From assembly GCA_002753335.1 (NCBI GenBank), contig PEAD01000003.1:62001-126000 (forward strand): DNA of 64,000 nucleotides, written 5' to 3'. How positions within the stretch are numbered: position 1 is the first letter of the stretch; each line of letters opens with the position of its first letter. The notes beneath the pieces are model-generated. The model searched no databases. It was not told where the DNA came from and was given only the letters and a program-made list of their open reading frames with translations. The stretch comes from Nitrospirae bacterium MYbin3. Lineage in GTDB: Bacteria > Nitrospirota > Thermodesulfovibrionia > Thermodesulfovibrionales > Dissulfurispiraceae. The position numbers and the translations under genes were made by a program. Positions 26,941 to 36,645 of the stretch are shown piece after piece.

Positions 26941-29520
26941 ATGATTACACTAAAAATGATAAAATCAAAAATTGCTGAATCGGGGATAGTTAGGAGCAAC
27001 AAACCTATAAGAGGGCGAGGTGTGGATAGAATGGGACCGATAAATACCGCTACTGAAAAAGGTACATCTTGGAAAATGCGCTTTAGCCTCGTGCTGGTTA
27101 TTGCCTTGCTCTGGTCTGCTTATATGTTTTTAGGAGTGGATGGTATAAACCAAGCGCAGGCATCGGGTGTAATAAATAGTTGCAACCCATGTCATGGTGA
27201 CAACAACAGTTTTAGGGACAACTCAACTCATAGAGATCCGGTGCTCGGCAGATTCCCCGGCTCGCATAACAAGCACGCTGATAACTCGACAGGGTATGGT
27301 TATGTATGTACTACTTGCCATATAAACAATACGACATTTGGACACCAGAATGACAATATAACCATGGCAAGTCCGATAACCGGTACTGCTGGAAGTTATT
27401 CAAGAGGCACCACATGGGTTAGGGATAATAACACTGGCGGTAAAGGCACTTGCAGCAATACATATTGCCACGGTGATGGTACTTCAGTTGCAACTGGTAA
27501 TGTAAAAGCCAATACATCTCCAACATGGGGCAGCAGTGGTCCGCTAGCGTGTTCAACATGCCACGGATACAGTCCGGCGTATGCAAATCTTAAAAAATCG
27601 CCAACCGCAGCAACCGGTACAAACTGGACATTACCCGCAGCTGTAACCAAGGATAATGGCACATATGCTACATATGCTAATACAGCACAGAACTATTTAT
27701 TTGCTACCAATTTGGGATATTCCACTTCAGATGTTCCAGACAACACTACAATACTTGGTATTGCTGTTATTGTTAGTGGAAATAGCGCTAATGCTACTGC
27801 CGCCAATCGCGCTATTAAGGTCGGTCTTACAAAAAATGGTACTGCAGTTGTTGGTACGACTCAAGCATTTATTCTGCCGCTAAATTATGATAGTCCTACT
27901 TTAAGCGGTGGTCCCGGTAGTTTATGGGGTACAACATGGACACCAGCAGAAATTAGGGCAACAACATTTGGGGTTGCTATCGCAGACAATGATACAACAA
28001 GCGCAATTTTTAAAATTAATTCTGCTAAAGTTGTTGTCTATACTACTGATGCCCCAAAGATGAACAGCCATCAGGGACCTAGCCACAGTGTGGCTGGTTG
28101 TGCAAAATGCCATAATAAAACTACGACCGATAATACAACCATTACTAATAATAAGATGCATGGTAGAGGCCAATATAGTGTAGATAATCAATCCGGAACT
28201 ACTTTTACTTACACATATAGCTCTGGTGGAGGCACATGCGCAACAATAAGCTGTCATGGCGGTGGTTCTGCACAGTGGGGTGGACAGCTTGGCTGTGTTA
28301 ATTGTCATAGCGCTGCAGTAAATACAACCGTAGCTAAGGCTCTTGATGCAGCGGTAACGACGCGGTCTGCTATAGTGCCATCATTTGTGGCTGCTTCAAG
28401 CCATGTTCGTTCAAGGGGCGGAACAGTGACCAATAATGACTGCGGTGTCTGCCACATGGAAGGCAGCAGCCAAACAGGGCTACCCAGTGCAACTTATCAT
28501 GGTAACGGATATATTGATCTGCGCGACCCAGATTCAGGAACAGCAATTACTGTAGCGACATGGTCAAATTCACCAGCAGGTCCCGGTAGCTATTCAAGTG
28601 GCGCTACCCCTTTAAACGATAATGCTACAACTACTAACAGGCTTGTCAGATTCAGCAGGAACCTTGCTAGTGCAACTCTTGAAGTTCAGGCTGTTTCAAT
28701 AATGATTAACCAGTGTCTTAAGTGTCATGATGCAAATGGTGCAAATGCAGCCGATAACTCATCTAGAGTTCCGGGAGGCACAGCTACTAAGCCGTTTGCC
28801 ACGACTGTAGCAGCAAACCCGTCAGGTGCTGTGCTTGATGTAGCAGCTCAGTTTGCGTCAACTAACAGGTCATATCATCCAATAACGGTTAAACAGAATA
28901 ATGGTTATGCTGGTGGTACGAGAATGCTGGCGCCATGGAATGCTGTAACTAAATCAGCTACCACTACAGTCTGGGGTCCGCTAATGACCTGTTGGGATTG
29001 CCATGCACCGAATGCTTCGACCGGCACTTTAACTACATCTGGCATTCATGGAGGTGCAGTTAATGGAACGGATGCTGTTCCGTTAAGGGGTAATGTGTAT
29101 ACAGCTGGTGGAACAACAGCAACAAACCTCTGTGCCAACTGTCATTATCTTAACCCCACTAACACAACTCATGGTACGGGATCTGCCTTAACAAGCTCTC
29201 CTAATGGTAGTATGACGTACTTTAACAACCAATGTTACTATTGTCATGGATCATATTCAACACGTGCAAGTGCCATTAGACCGTATGGTGCTGGCGATGC
29301 GCATGGATACAACACTCGTGTAGCTGGCGGTGCATTTGCTGCAGCTCAAGGTTATGCTTTTATCCGTCACGAGGGTTTTTACGGAGGTACATATAACCAG
29401 ACAGTAAAGCAAGTTGGTGCTACTACATATACCGCACAATGCTCTGGTGTGTCTAATACTACTGGCGGCGCTTGTAGTCGTGGCTCCATGGGTAACTACA
29501 CTCCTGGTGGTATCTATTAA
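26941..29520 (+). CDS. Secreted CxxxxCH/CxxCH multiheme cytochrome c (about 12 hemes) with inserted jelly-roll-like domain
   Basis: Hand count: 10 CxxCH and 2 CX4CH; signal peptide ending AQA; start uncertain (26941 has RBS AAGGGGGA). Confidence 0.9.
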   Translation: MITLKMIKSKIAESGIVRSNKPIRGRGVDRMGPINTATEKGTSWKMRFSLVLVIALLWSAYMFLGVDGINQAQASGVINSCNPCHGDNNSFRDNSTHRDPVLGRFPGSHNKHADNSTGYGYVCTTCHINNTTFGHQNDNITMASPITGTAGSYSRGTTWVRDNNTGGKGTCSNTYCHGDGTSVATGNVKANTSPTWGSSGPLACSTCHGYSPAYANLKKSPTAATGTNWTLPAAVTKDNGTYATYANTAQNYLFATNLGYSTSDVPDNTTILGIAVIVSGNSANATAANRAIKVGLTKNGTAVVGTTQAFILPLNYDSPTLSGGPGSLWGTTWTPAEIRATTFGVAIADNDTTSAIFKINSAKVVVYTTDAPKMNSHQGPSHSVAGCAKCHNKTTTDNTTITNNKMHGRGQYSVDNQSGTTFTYTYSSGGGTCATISCHGGGSAQWGGQLGCVNCHSAAVNTTVAKALDAAVTTRSAIVPSFVAASSHVRSRGGTVTNNDCGVCHMEGSSQTGLPSATYHGNGYIDLRDPDSGTAITVATWSNSPAGPGSYSSGATPLNDNATTTNRLVRFSRNLASATLEVQAVSIMINQCLKCHDANGANAADNSSRVPGGTATKPFATTVAANPSGAVLDVAAQFASTNRSYHPITVKQNNGYAGGTRMLAPWNAVTKSATTTVWGPLMTCWDCHAPNASTGTLTTSGIHGGAVNGTDAVPLRGNVYTAGGTTATNLCANCHYLNPTNTTHGTGSALTSSPNGSMTYFNNQCYYCHGSYSTRASAIRPYGAGDAHGYNTRVAGGAFAAAQGYAFIRHEGFYGGTYNQTVKQVGATTYTAQCSGVSNTTGGACSRGSMGNYTPGGIY

Positions 29521-29542
29521 GAATTGTAATCTAATTTAGATC

Positions 29543-29585
29543 TAATAAAAACGGCTCCGCTTTTTAAGCGGAGCCGTTTTTATTA
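29543..29585. terminator. Bidirectional intrinsic terminator ending the cytochrome operon
   Basis: Perfect 20-bp inverted repeat TAATAAAAACGGCTCCGCTT-TTT-AAGCGGAGCCGTTTTTATTA. Confidence 0.88.
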
Positions 29586-29629
29586 TGATACTCAGTAAAA
29601 TCATAAAATTTTGCTGGAGGTTAGTTGCT

Positions 29630-30994
29630 GTGAAAAAAACATCTGAATTTAACATTGTTGTTTTATTGTTAAGTATATTGATTGTTCTATCGGGTTCAGG
29701 CTGTAAGCAGGAACAATTAAATTCGCCAGTTATAGCTAATCCATCTCAAAATGATGTGGTATCAACCACGACAGTTCTTGACAGTTTCGCGGCAGGGGTA
29801 AATACTGATAACCTAATTATCGAAATGAATCCTTATGGAAAGGGTGTGGCATATATCGAATCGGTCGATGGCCAAATGAGGGTTGTCCATAATGGGAAAA
29901 AGGGAAAGCTTTATCAGGTGGTTGAGTCAAATATGGCTTTAAGCCCAGACGGCAGGCGGGTGGCCTATGGCGCCAGATTAGGAGAGAAATGGTTTATTGT
30001 AATAGATGGTAATGAAGAGGGGCCCTTTGAAGAAAAAGGACAACCTGTCTTTAGCCCTGATAGCAAACATGTTGCTTATGAGGCCAAAGTCCGTGGCCTT
30101 TGGCATATGTTTGTAAATAAAAAAGCGGGACCTAGTATTCCTGTGTATTTTAATGATAAGGCTACATTTAGCAGTGATTCAAGTCGATTGTTGTCTTTGG
30201 AAAATTCGGCAGACCATACAGGTATTGTTTTGCATGTGACTGACTTATCATTCAATAGGCTAGGTTATAGAATGGTTAGGGGGAAGATAATTGTAGTAGA
30301 TCCAACAAAGACAAGGATTGCTGCTGTTGACGTTATAAAAGGCAAACACAAGGTTATTGAATTCAGTTTTGGCCAGCCTGATAATGTAAAGGAGGGGGCT
30401 TTGTATGATGAAGTTTCGCACCTTGTTTTTGGCAGCGAGGGCAACTCGCTATCATATATCGCTAAAAAAGACGGGAAGTTCTATCTCGTATTAAACGATA
30501 AAGAAGAACTGATTCCTGATGGAACATATCCTTCACCACCTGTAATTCGTCCTGACAACAAGGGAGCAGGACTTCTAATTACCGGCAAGGATGGAGCTTA
30601 TTTTCACCAAGCTTTTTACAGCGACGGAAGTAAGAGAATCTTTTATAAGGAGTGCGGTTCACTTACTTACAGCAAAGATGGGCGATTTCATTCTTATGTT
30701 GCAATTAGAAATGAGAAATTTACTATTGTTGTTAATGGCAAGGAGGGGCCTTTTTTTGATCGAGTAATGGAACCACAATTCAGCCCTGATGGGAAATATG
30801 TTGCATATCGTGCACGGCATGGTGAAGAGCGCTTTGTTGTTGTGGCTGATACAAACGGCAAGATAGTAAAAAAACATTCCTCCTATGATAGGGTATTTGA
30901 AACTGTATTTACTGATGATGGCAAATCGATTGCCTATGGCGTGATAGATGGGGATAAGCTGATTTGGAAGGTTGAAAGGCTGGATAATAGGTAG
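29630..30994 (+). CDS. TolB/WD40-like beta-propeller lipoprotein
   Basis: Lipobox GSGC; repeated FSPDG..VAY.A motifs; GTG start after GGAGG. Confidence 0.75.
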   Translation: MKKTSEFNIVVLLLSILIVLSGSGCKQEQLNSPVIANPSQNDVVSTTTVLDSFAAGVNTDNLIIEMNPYGKGVAYIESVDGQMRVVHNGKKGKLYQVVESNMALSPDGRRVAYGARLGEKWFIVIDGNEEGPFEEKGQPVFSPDSKHVAYEAKVRGLWHMFVNKKAGPSIPVYFNDKATFSSDSSRLLSLENSADHTGIVLHVTDLSFNRLGYRMVRGKIIVVDPTKTRIAAVDVIKGKHKVIEFSFGQPDNVKEGALYDEVSHLVFGSEGNSLSYIAKKDGKFYLVLNDKEELIPDGTYPSPPVIRPDNKGAGLLITGKDGAYFHQAFYSDGSKRIFYKECGSLTYSKDGRFHSYVAIRNEKFTIVVNGKEGPFFDRVMEPQFSPDGKYVAYRARHGEERFVVVADTNGKIVKKHSSYDRVFETVFTDDGKSIAYGVIDGDKLIWKVERLDNR

Positions 30995-31093
30995 AATATA
31001 ACGGTCAGTAGTAAAGCAGTATTTCAGTATTTGCAGATTTCAATATGCTATTTTTAAAAGGTGACAATTAATATTTCTATGTAAGCGCTGAAG

Positions 31094-32344
31094 ATGAATA
31101 AACTAAAATGGAAGATTCTAGCAATTGTTCTTGTTCTGATATTTGGAGCTTTTTTTCGTTTTTGGTGCTCCTTTAGCGTTCCTACATATCAATTCGATGA
31201 AGGTCTTGTTGTTCCTGCGGCTAAGAGCTTGCTTCAATATGGAACAACTACTGAAATGCAATGGCTGCATCCTCATTTAAACCTTATCATTTTGTATAAC
31301 ATGATCAATGTTTTTGGCGATAATCCGTATGGTTGGAGAATAAGCAATATTTTTTTTGGAACGGTCTCAATTTTTCTAATTTATCTAATTGGCGTAAAGC
31401 TCTATCCAAACACTAAAGTCCCTATCCTTGCATCATGTATTCTAGCGTTTGACCCGTTTCATGCTCATTTTTCGCGTACTGCCTTTATGGAAATTCCGAC
31501 CAGCTTTTTCTTTTTGCTGTTTTTTTATTTTATGATCGAATATAGTGAAAATCGCCGTTCAGTCTTAGTTTTAGCCGGCATCGCATTGGGGTTGACAGTG
31601 GCTACCAAAGCCTATTATTTTTTTGCGATCCCGGTGGTTGTACTTTACACTCTCTACCGGGTGTGGCAGAGAGGAGATTTATCTCATCTTGTCTGGATAG
31701 ATTTTGTGGTTGCACTTGTTATTCTCCCTATAGGCATTTATCTTTTGTCTTACTTCCATTGGTTCGGCCGGGGATATACGCTTCCAGAGTTTTTCGCAAT
31801 GAAAATGGATGCAATTTGGCTGCAGCAGAATTTTTCATTAGATGATTTTGAAATCCCTTGGTACATAGAGGTAGGGGGAAAACCTTGGCAGTGGTTTCTT
31901 CGACCATTCATATCAGGACACCAGATATTTTCGGACGGTGAAAATGGTCGGTTTCTTCTGGAGATTAATAACCCACCTTTTCGTCTGATGGTGATACCTT
32001 CTTTAATTCTGGTCAGTGTATATGCATGGAGAACGAGAACCGTTCAGGAATTATTAGCTCCGATGCTTTTTGTTGTATGTTATTTTATTTTTCTGATAGT
32101 GGATAGACCTCTATTTAGCAGCAATTCTGTTGTATTACTGCCATTTGCATATTTAGCGGTTGCTAGTGCAGTTGTAATCTTTGCACGATGGCTAAATAGA
32201 GAAAAGCAGGTATATTCATTTTTTATATTCGGAGTCGTGGCCTGGGGATTATACACATTCCCTCTCATATCGGGAGAACTGGTCCCTATCTCTTTTTACC
32301 GCCCATTAATATCTATTGCAAGCATTATAAGGGCTTACTACTGA
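31094..32344 (+). CDS. Polyprenyl-phosphate-dependent GT-C glycosyltransferase (ArnT/PMT family)
   Basis: FDE acidic motif, HP, GWR, polytopic membrane profile, PWQW PMT-like loop. Confidence 0.8.
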   Translation: MNKLKWKILAIVLVLIFGAFFRFWCSFSVPTYQFDEGLVVPAAKSLLQYGTTTEMQWLHPHLNLIILYNMINVFGDNPYGWRISNIFFGTVSIFLIYLIGVKLYPNTKVPILASCILAFDPFHAHFSRTAFMEIPTSFFFLLFFYFMIEYSENRRSVLVLAGIALGLTVATKAYYFFAIPVVVLYTLYRVWQRGDLSHLVWIDFVVALVILPIGIYLLSYFHWFGRGYTLPEFFAMKMDAIWLQQNFSLDDFEIPWYIEVGGKPWQWFLRPFISGHQIFSDGENGRFLLEINNPPFRLMVIPSLILVSVYAWRTRTVQELLAPMLFVVCYFIFLIVDRPLFSSNSVVLLPFAYLAVASAVVIFARWLNREKQVYSFFIFGVVAWGLYTFPLISGELVPISFYRPLISIASIIRAYY

Positions 32345-32946
32345 TGCTCCAGAGGGGCATCACTATTGCTAGCATTGTTGTATTTACTACAAGCGTAGTT
32401 TTCCTTTCTTTTATTTATGGACCTTCTAAAAGAACTTTTGTTTCACCCGGAAAAGTTGAACTGCTCACCTCACCAATAGATATTTACGAATTTTGGCACT
32501 CAACAAAGGTTAGGGGGCGTGTAGCTGTCCTATTTACACGACATCTTGATTCTGAAATTGGACTGAGCGAGGAGCCAGGAGAAAAATATACCGAACTTGC
32601 AATGCGTCATGGAATTGTAAGAAAAATTTACCATGTTGTTCCGGATAGTGTGTGGCCGGTTGTTTCTGATAATTTATATCGTCGTAAATTTGCCCGTATT
32701 ACGTCATACGGCTTTGTGATGGCGCTTGCAAATGGAAGGATACATGTCCTCCCTCTTTCTCGTTTCAATCCAGAAGACGAAAAATCACTGATAGTTGTAG
32801 AGCCTAGTGTATGGAGCAGTGATGAACTTGCAAAGATTGTTAAATTGATTAAATCAGGAAATCTCAGAACAGATATTATTACTATTGTTAGAGGTTTTTT
32901 GTCTGATGCAGAAACTTTCCGATCTGTTCTGCCTCCTTCCATGTGA
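32344..32946 (+). CDS. Hypothetical membrane-anchored protein
   Basis: 200-aa ORF overlapping the GT-C stop codon; N-terminal TM segment. Confidence 0.65.
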   Translation: MLQRGITIASIVVFTTSVVFLSFIYGPSKRTFVSPGKVELLTSPIDIYEFWHSTKVRGRVAVLFTRHLDSEIGLSEEPGEKYTELAMRHGIVRKIYHVVPDSVWPVVSDNLYRRKFARITSYGFVMALANGRIHVLPLSRFNPEDEKSLIVVEPSVWSSDELAKIVKLIKSGNLRTDIITIVRGFLSDAETFRSVLPPSM

Positions 32947-32964
32947 AATGACCAGGGGACTATA

Positions 32965-33891
32965 TCAAAGTGAACGATACGGTTTTCGAAAAAAGCTCAT
33001 TCCATAAAGAGACAGATGTCGCATATACTTAATGTGTTTTCTTGTATATATGCCACTCAGCATAAAGCTTAAAACATGCAGGCTTTCCACAATAGGCAGG
33101 TAAAGATATGAGCGCTTCAATTGGCGGACAAATGAAGGATTGTATGGTGGATTTAAATATATAGTTTCCAGTGGCTCAAATCCAATTTCTTTTGCTAAAG
33201 CCTCAATTTTAGTTAAACTTACTGCCTCTTCCCTATCATCGAAGTAAACATCGTGACGGAGTGGGCTTATGTACAGAAGGCGGCGCAATATAAAAGCATC
33301 GTTTGGTTCAAATACAATGAGCACTCCCCCTTCCTCGAGAGCGATAAACGCTTCCTCAATTGCCAGGCTTCTTTGCTTTTCATTCAGATGATGAAGACTT
33401 ACCCAGAATGCTGCTGTCTGCAGAGTTTTGGGGGCAAAGATTGGTTTTGTTATATCTGCCCATATACGTCGCAGAGAGTGGGGAGCATATTTAAGTGTCG
33501 ACATGCTCGCATCACACACGAATACTTCTGCCTGCTCAAAGTTTTTCAGGATATATCGTGCGCAGTGACCTTCACCTCCTCCGAGTTCTGCAAAACGCAA
33601 GCCTGCTTTCAGCTCTACACCTGTTTTTTTTAGATGATTACATAGAAGTTTAATCATTTTCTGATAGAGGAGTGGCCGAAAGTATGAAAGCCCTCTGACG
33701 TTTAGATTATCAAAAACCTTCATCTCCTGATTAAGTGTGTCGTCAGCACTACTCCGGTCTAGTAGTAATTCGATTCCTTGCTCAACACTAAAAGATTCTT
33801 TTCCGTCGTTAGTTATAAGACGGTTATCTTGCAAGATGAGAGGCAAACGGGAGAGGGGACTAACTAGTACTGTGGTCTGTTTGTTGGTCAC
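32965..33891 (-). CDS. Class I SAM-dependent methyltransferase
   Basis: ELGGGEG motif I, SLHHL, GGVLIVFEPN; Trm112-like N-terminus. Confidence 0.8.
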   Translation of the reverse strand: MTNKQTTVLVSPLSRLPLILQDNRLITNDGKESFSVEQGIELLLDRSSADDTLNQEMKVFDNLNVRGLSYFRPLLYQKMIKLLCNHLKKTGVELKAGLRFAELGGGEGHCARYILKNFEQAEVFVCDASMSTLKYAPHSLRRIWADITKPIFAPKTLQTAAFWVSLHHLNEKQRSLAIEEAFIALEEGGVLIVFEPNDAFILRRLLYISPLRHDVYFDDREEAVSLTKIEALAKEIGFEPLETIYLNPPYNPSFVRQLKRSYLYLPIVESLHVLSFMLSGIYTRKHIKYMRHLSLYGMSFFRKPYRSL

Positions 33892-35108
33892 GGTGTGTTT
33901 ACTGGAGCATAAAAAAAGTGTTTTTCTAGTTCAGTAGCAACTTTTTCTGGCGTAATCGATGATAGGCAAACATTTTTTTCGCAGGTTTCAGCGTAAAGTG
34001 ACTGCTTGCTGTCGTAAACACACATGCATGGAGAGCAGTACAGGTTGTCTGGATAGAAGGATAGAGAGTTTTTGTTAACAGGTCCGTATAGCACAGGGGT
34101 TTCAGGGCCGAAAAATGCTGCAAGGTTTTTTCCATAAAGTGAGGCAATATGAAGTGGACCACTGTCGTTTGTAATGACGAGTTCTGCTAGCTCAATAAGT
34201 GCGAAAAGTTCTTTGAGAGTTGTATTTCCTGCACAGTTAATAATACGTGCATTGCGTTTAGCGACCTTATTGGAAATCCCCTCTACATATGCATGTTCTG
34301 ATTTGCTCCCTATCAGCAGATAGGTGTACTCAGGATGATGATCAGTCAGCAATTCAAGCAATGAGACAAAGTTTTGCTCCGGCCATTTCCTGAATGCAAA
34401 TAAATCTCCTGAATTAACGTTTATGAGGATGATTCGTTCGGATTTCATCAACTGGAGGCGGGACCGGAGACTTTCTTCCAGTTCCTCTCTAAACGATGGA
34501 AGGACAGACATATAATCTTCCGGCATGACTGTAAGATTAAGCCCAGAAGCATATGCAAGATAAATATCCGAAATATGTCGATAAAAATTGAATGTTACTT
34601 TATGAGTAAGAATGCCTTCAGGTCGAATTCTACGGTGATATAGACCGATTCTTATAGGTGCAGCTGAAACAGCCGAAATAAGCATGGGAAACTTCGCAAA
34701 AAATTCCAGATCGACCGACATATCGAATTTTGTCCTCAGTAATGCTATCGCAATCATGCAACAACTTTTTAAAAACGCAGAAACAGAACTTAGATCAGCG
34801 ATAAGTACTTCATCCGCTATACCGCATAGCGATATCACTTCCCGATAGGAGGTGGCTGTGACAAAAGTAATCTTTGCCTGTGGGTAGTTCCTGCGAAGTA
34901 TAGTAATGAGCGGTATTGAGTGTAGAATGCTCCCCATGCCAAAGTACTTCTGTATCAGTATCCGAGTTACCAGATTGTTTTTCTTTTTCTTTCGTGATGG
35001 CAGTAGAAGATGTTTTATTTGCAGTAGAATCCCGCAAATTCTGCAAAGGAACATTCCCAAACTATCATCGATTATCCTCATGAACCGATATGTCATATTA
35101 TCCACCAT
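33888..35108 (-). CDS. Glycosyltransferase family 9 (heptosyltransferase-like)
   Basis: GMGS, RKWP, ITNDSGPLHIA, FFGPETP, CSPC motifs. Confidence 0.88.
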   Translation of the reverse strand: MVDNMTYRFMRIIDDSLGMFLCRICGILLQIKHLLLPSRKKKKNNLVTRILIQKYFGMGSILHSIPLITILRRNYPQAKITFVTATSYREVISLCGIADEVLIADLSSVSAFLKSCCMIAIALLRTKFDMSVDLEFFAKFPMLISAVSAAPIRIGLYHRRIRPEGILTHKVTFNFYRHISDIYLAYASGLNLTVMPEDYMSVLPSFREELEESLRSRLQLMKSERIILINVNSGDLFAFRKWPEQNFVSLLELLTDHHPEYTYLLIGSKSEHAYVEGISNKVAKRNARIINCAGNTTLKELFALIELAELVITNDSGPLHIASLYGKNLAAFFGPETPVLYGPVNKNSLSFYPDNLYCSPCMCVYDSKQSLYAETCEKNVCLSSITPEKVATELEKHFFYAPVNTP

Positions 35109-35139
35109 TTACCATGTACTTGCCGCTGATGTGGCTGTC

Positions 35140-36645
35140 TCATAGGAGCCTTCTTATCATACCGTATATTCTTTCTTCTATGAGGAACTGATAAAGACCA
35201 TTCCGGAAACGGAAATTCGCAACAGGCCGATAAAACCAGGCCAATATTTTCAGCAACGCATACTTCAGGCTTTGTCCTGATGCCATTTTGAAAATTTTGC
35301 CATCTATGAAGTACATACATAAAAACATCATTCTGATAAATTTATTATGCTCCTTTGTCATCCATACCGGATTGTAATCCGATGCTTCTAGCTCGTATAT
35401 TCCCCACTTTTCCAGACTGTCTGGAGGTGAATACCCATGCAGCACCGCAAGTTCGTACAGTTCTGTCCCAGGCAATGGTCGTGGTTTGTTCAGCGGGATT
35501 ACTATACATTGTGGATTATCCTTGATCAACTGCAGGATGAGATTTCGTGTCATTTTTGTTTCTTCCAGCGTTTCTGTCGGAAAACCTACGATAAAATTAT
35601 AGTACGCAGTAATATTTGTATGGCGAGCGAGTTTTAAATTTGCCTCCAATATCTGCTCTGCTGTGATATTTTTACGCATAAGAGATAGCAGCCGATTGCA
35701 GCCTGATTCTGCACCTATATGCATAGTGTTAGTTCCTGCATCAGCAAGCTTGTTCAAGAAACTGTCGCTCATGGTGAGTATCTCGTTTATCCTAGCACCC
35801 CGGAAGCCCAATTTTATATTGATACCACGTTTTTTTATCTCGTCTATGATCGACTCTACGTGTCTAAGGTCTACGAATGAGTCATCATCGATAAAATAGA
35901 TCAGCGTAGCACCGTACTTTTTCTGTACCATGTCAATATGAGAAACAACCTCATCTACAGGGTAAGGCATCCATTTTTTTGCGAATTTGGCGTAAAGCAC
36001 AGGGGAACTGCAGAACGCACATTGGTAAGGACAACCCATAACACTATATATAGGGAATACAATGTCGTTTTTATTGACATGCTTATAAACAGTCATGTCG
36101 GGAATAATATGGTAAGGAATATGACGGTAGTTGATAAATTCAAATTCTGTGGCAATGTCGTTGTGATACACATGTCCTTGCTTGTCGCGCCACGACAGGC
36201 CTTTTATCTCTCGCAATGGTATGCATCCAGAGTTGCCGATGAGGTATAGGAAGAGCTCATGGAACGGCTGCGCGCCATAGCCTCTGATTATGTAATCAAT
36301 GGACTTCTCCTGCATAACATCCAAGGAGCTAAAAGTGGGATGCGGCCCCCCCCATACTATAGCCAGCTCTGGATATTTTGCCTTGACAGCAAGTGACAAT
36401 CTTAAGCTTTCAGTAACGGACACCCCGCTCATGACCGAAAAACCTATTATCCGTGTTCTTTTATTAATTAAGCGGAATAGTTCGGACTCATCAAAGGAAG
36501 GGTTAATTCGAGTATCAAGAATTTGCACTGGGAATTCATCCAGTACAACTCTGCTCGCGGCATACAGCAATCCAAGTGGAATCATCCGGATGAATGCTCC
36601 CGTAAGCGAAGTCTTTGGCTGGATCATGATTATTTCTGGTTTCAT
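35140..36645 (-). CDS. B12-binding radical SAM enzyme (class B methylase-like)
   Basis: PLGLLY, WGGPHPT cobalamin domain, GCPYQCAFC, GAESG; ATG overlaps upstream TGA. Confidence 0.88.
   Translation of the reverse strand: MKPEIIMIQPKTSLTGAFIRMIPLGLLYAASRVVLDEFPVQILDTRINPSFDESELFRLINKRTRIIGFSVMSGVSVTESLRLSLAVKAKYPELAIVWGGPHPTFSSLDVMQEKSIDYIIRGYGAQPFHELFLYLIGNSGCIPLREIKGLSWRDKQGHVYHNDIATEFEFINYRHIPYHIIPDMTVYKHVNKNDIVFPIYSVMGCPYQCAFCSSPVLYAKFAKKWMPYPVDEVVSHIDMVQKKYGATLIYFIDDDSFVDLRHVESIIDEIKKRGINIKLGFRGARINEILTMSDSFLNKLADAGTNTMHIGAESGCNRLLSLMRKNITAEQILEANLKLARHTNITAYYNFIVGFPTETLEETKMTRNLILQLIKDNPQCIVIPLNKPRPLPGTELYELAVLHGYSPPDSLEKWGIYELEASDYNPVWMTKEHNKFIRMMFLCMYFIDGKIFKMASGQSLKYALLKILAWFYRPVANFRFRNGLYQFLIEERIYGMIRRLL

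Noticed and set aside
22331..29520. Naming the cytochromes OmcS/OmcZ/OmcE/MtrC
   Set aside because: Heme counts and motif spacing do not match those families closely enough, and no porin (MtrB-like) gene is seen.
31094..32344. Calling the GT-C a PglB/STT3 oligosaccharyltransferase
   Set aside because: Too short, with no WWDxG motif or periplasmic C-terminal domain. If DNxS/T is N-glycosylated by an OST, that gene lies outside this window.
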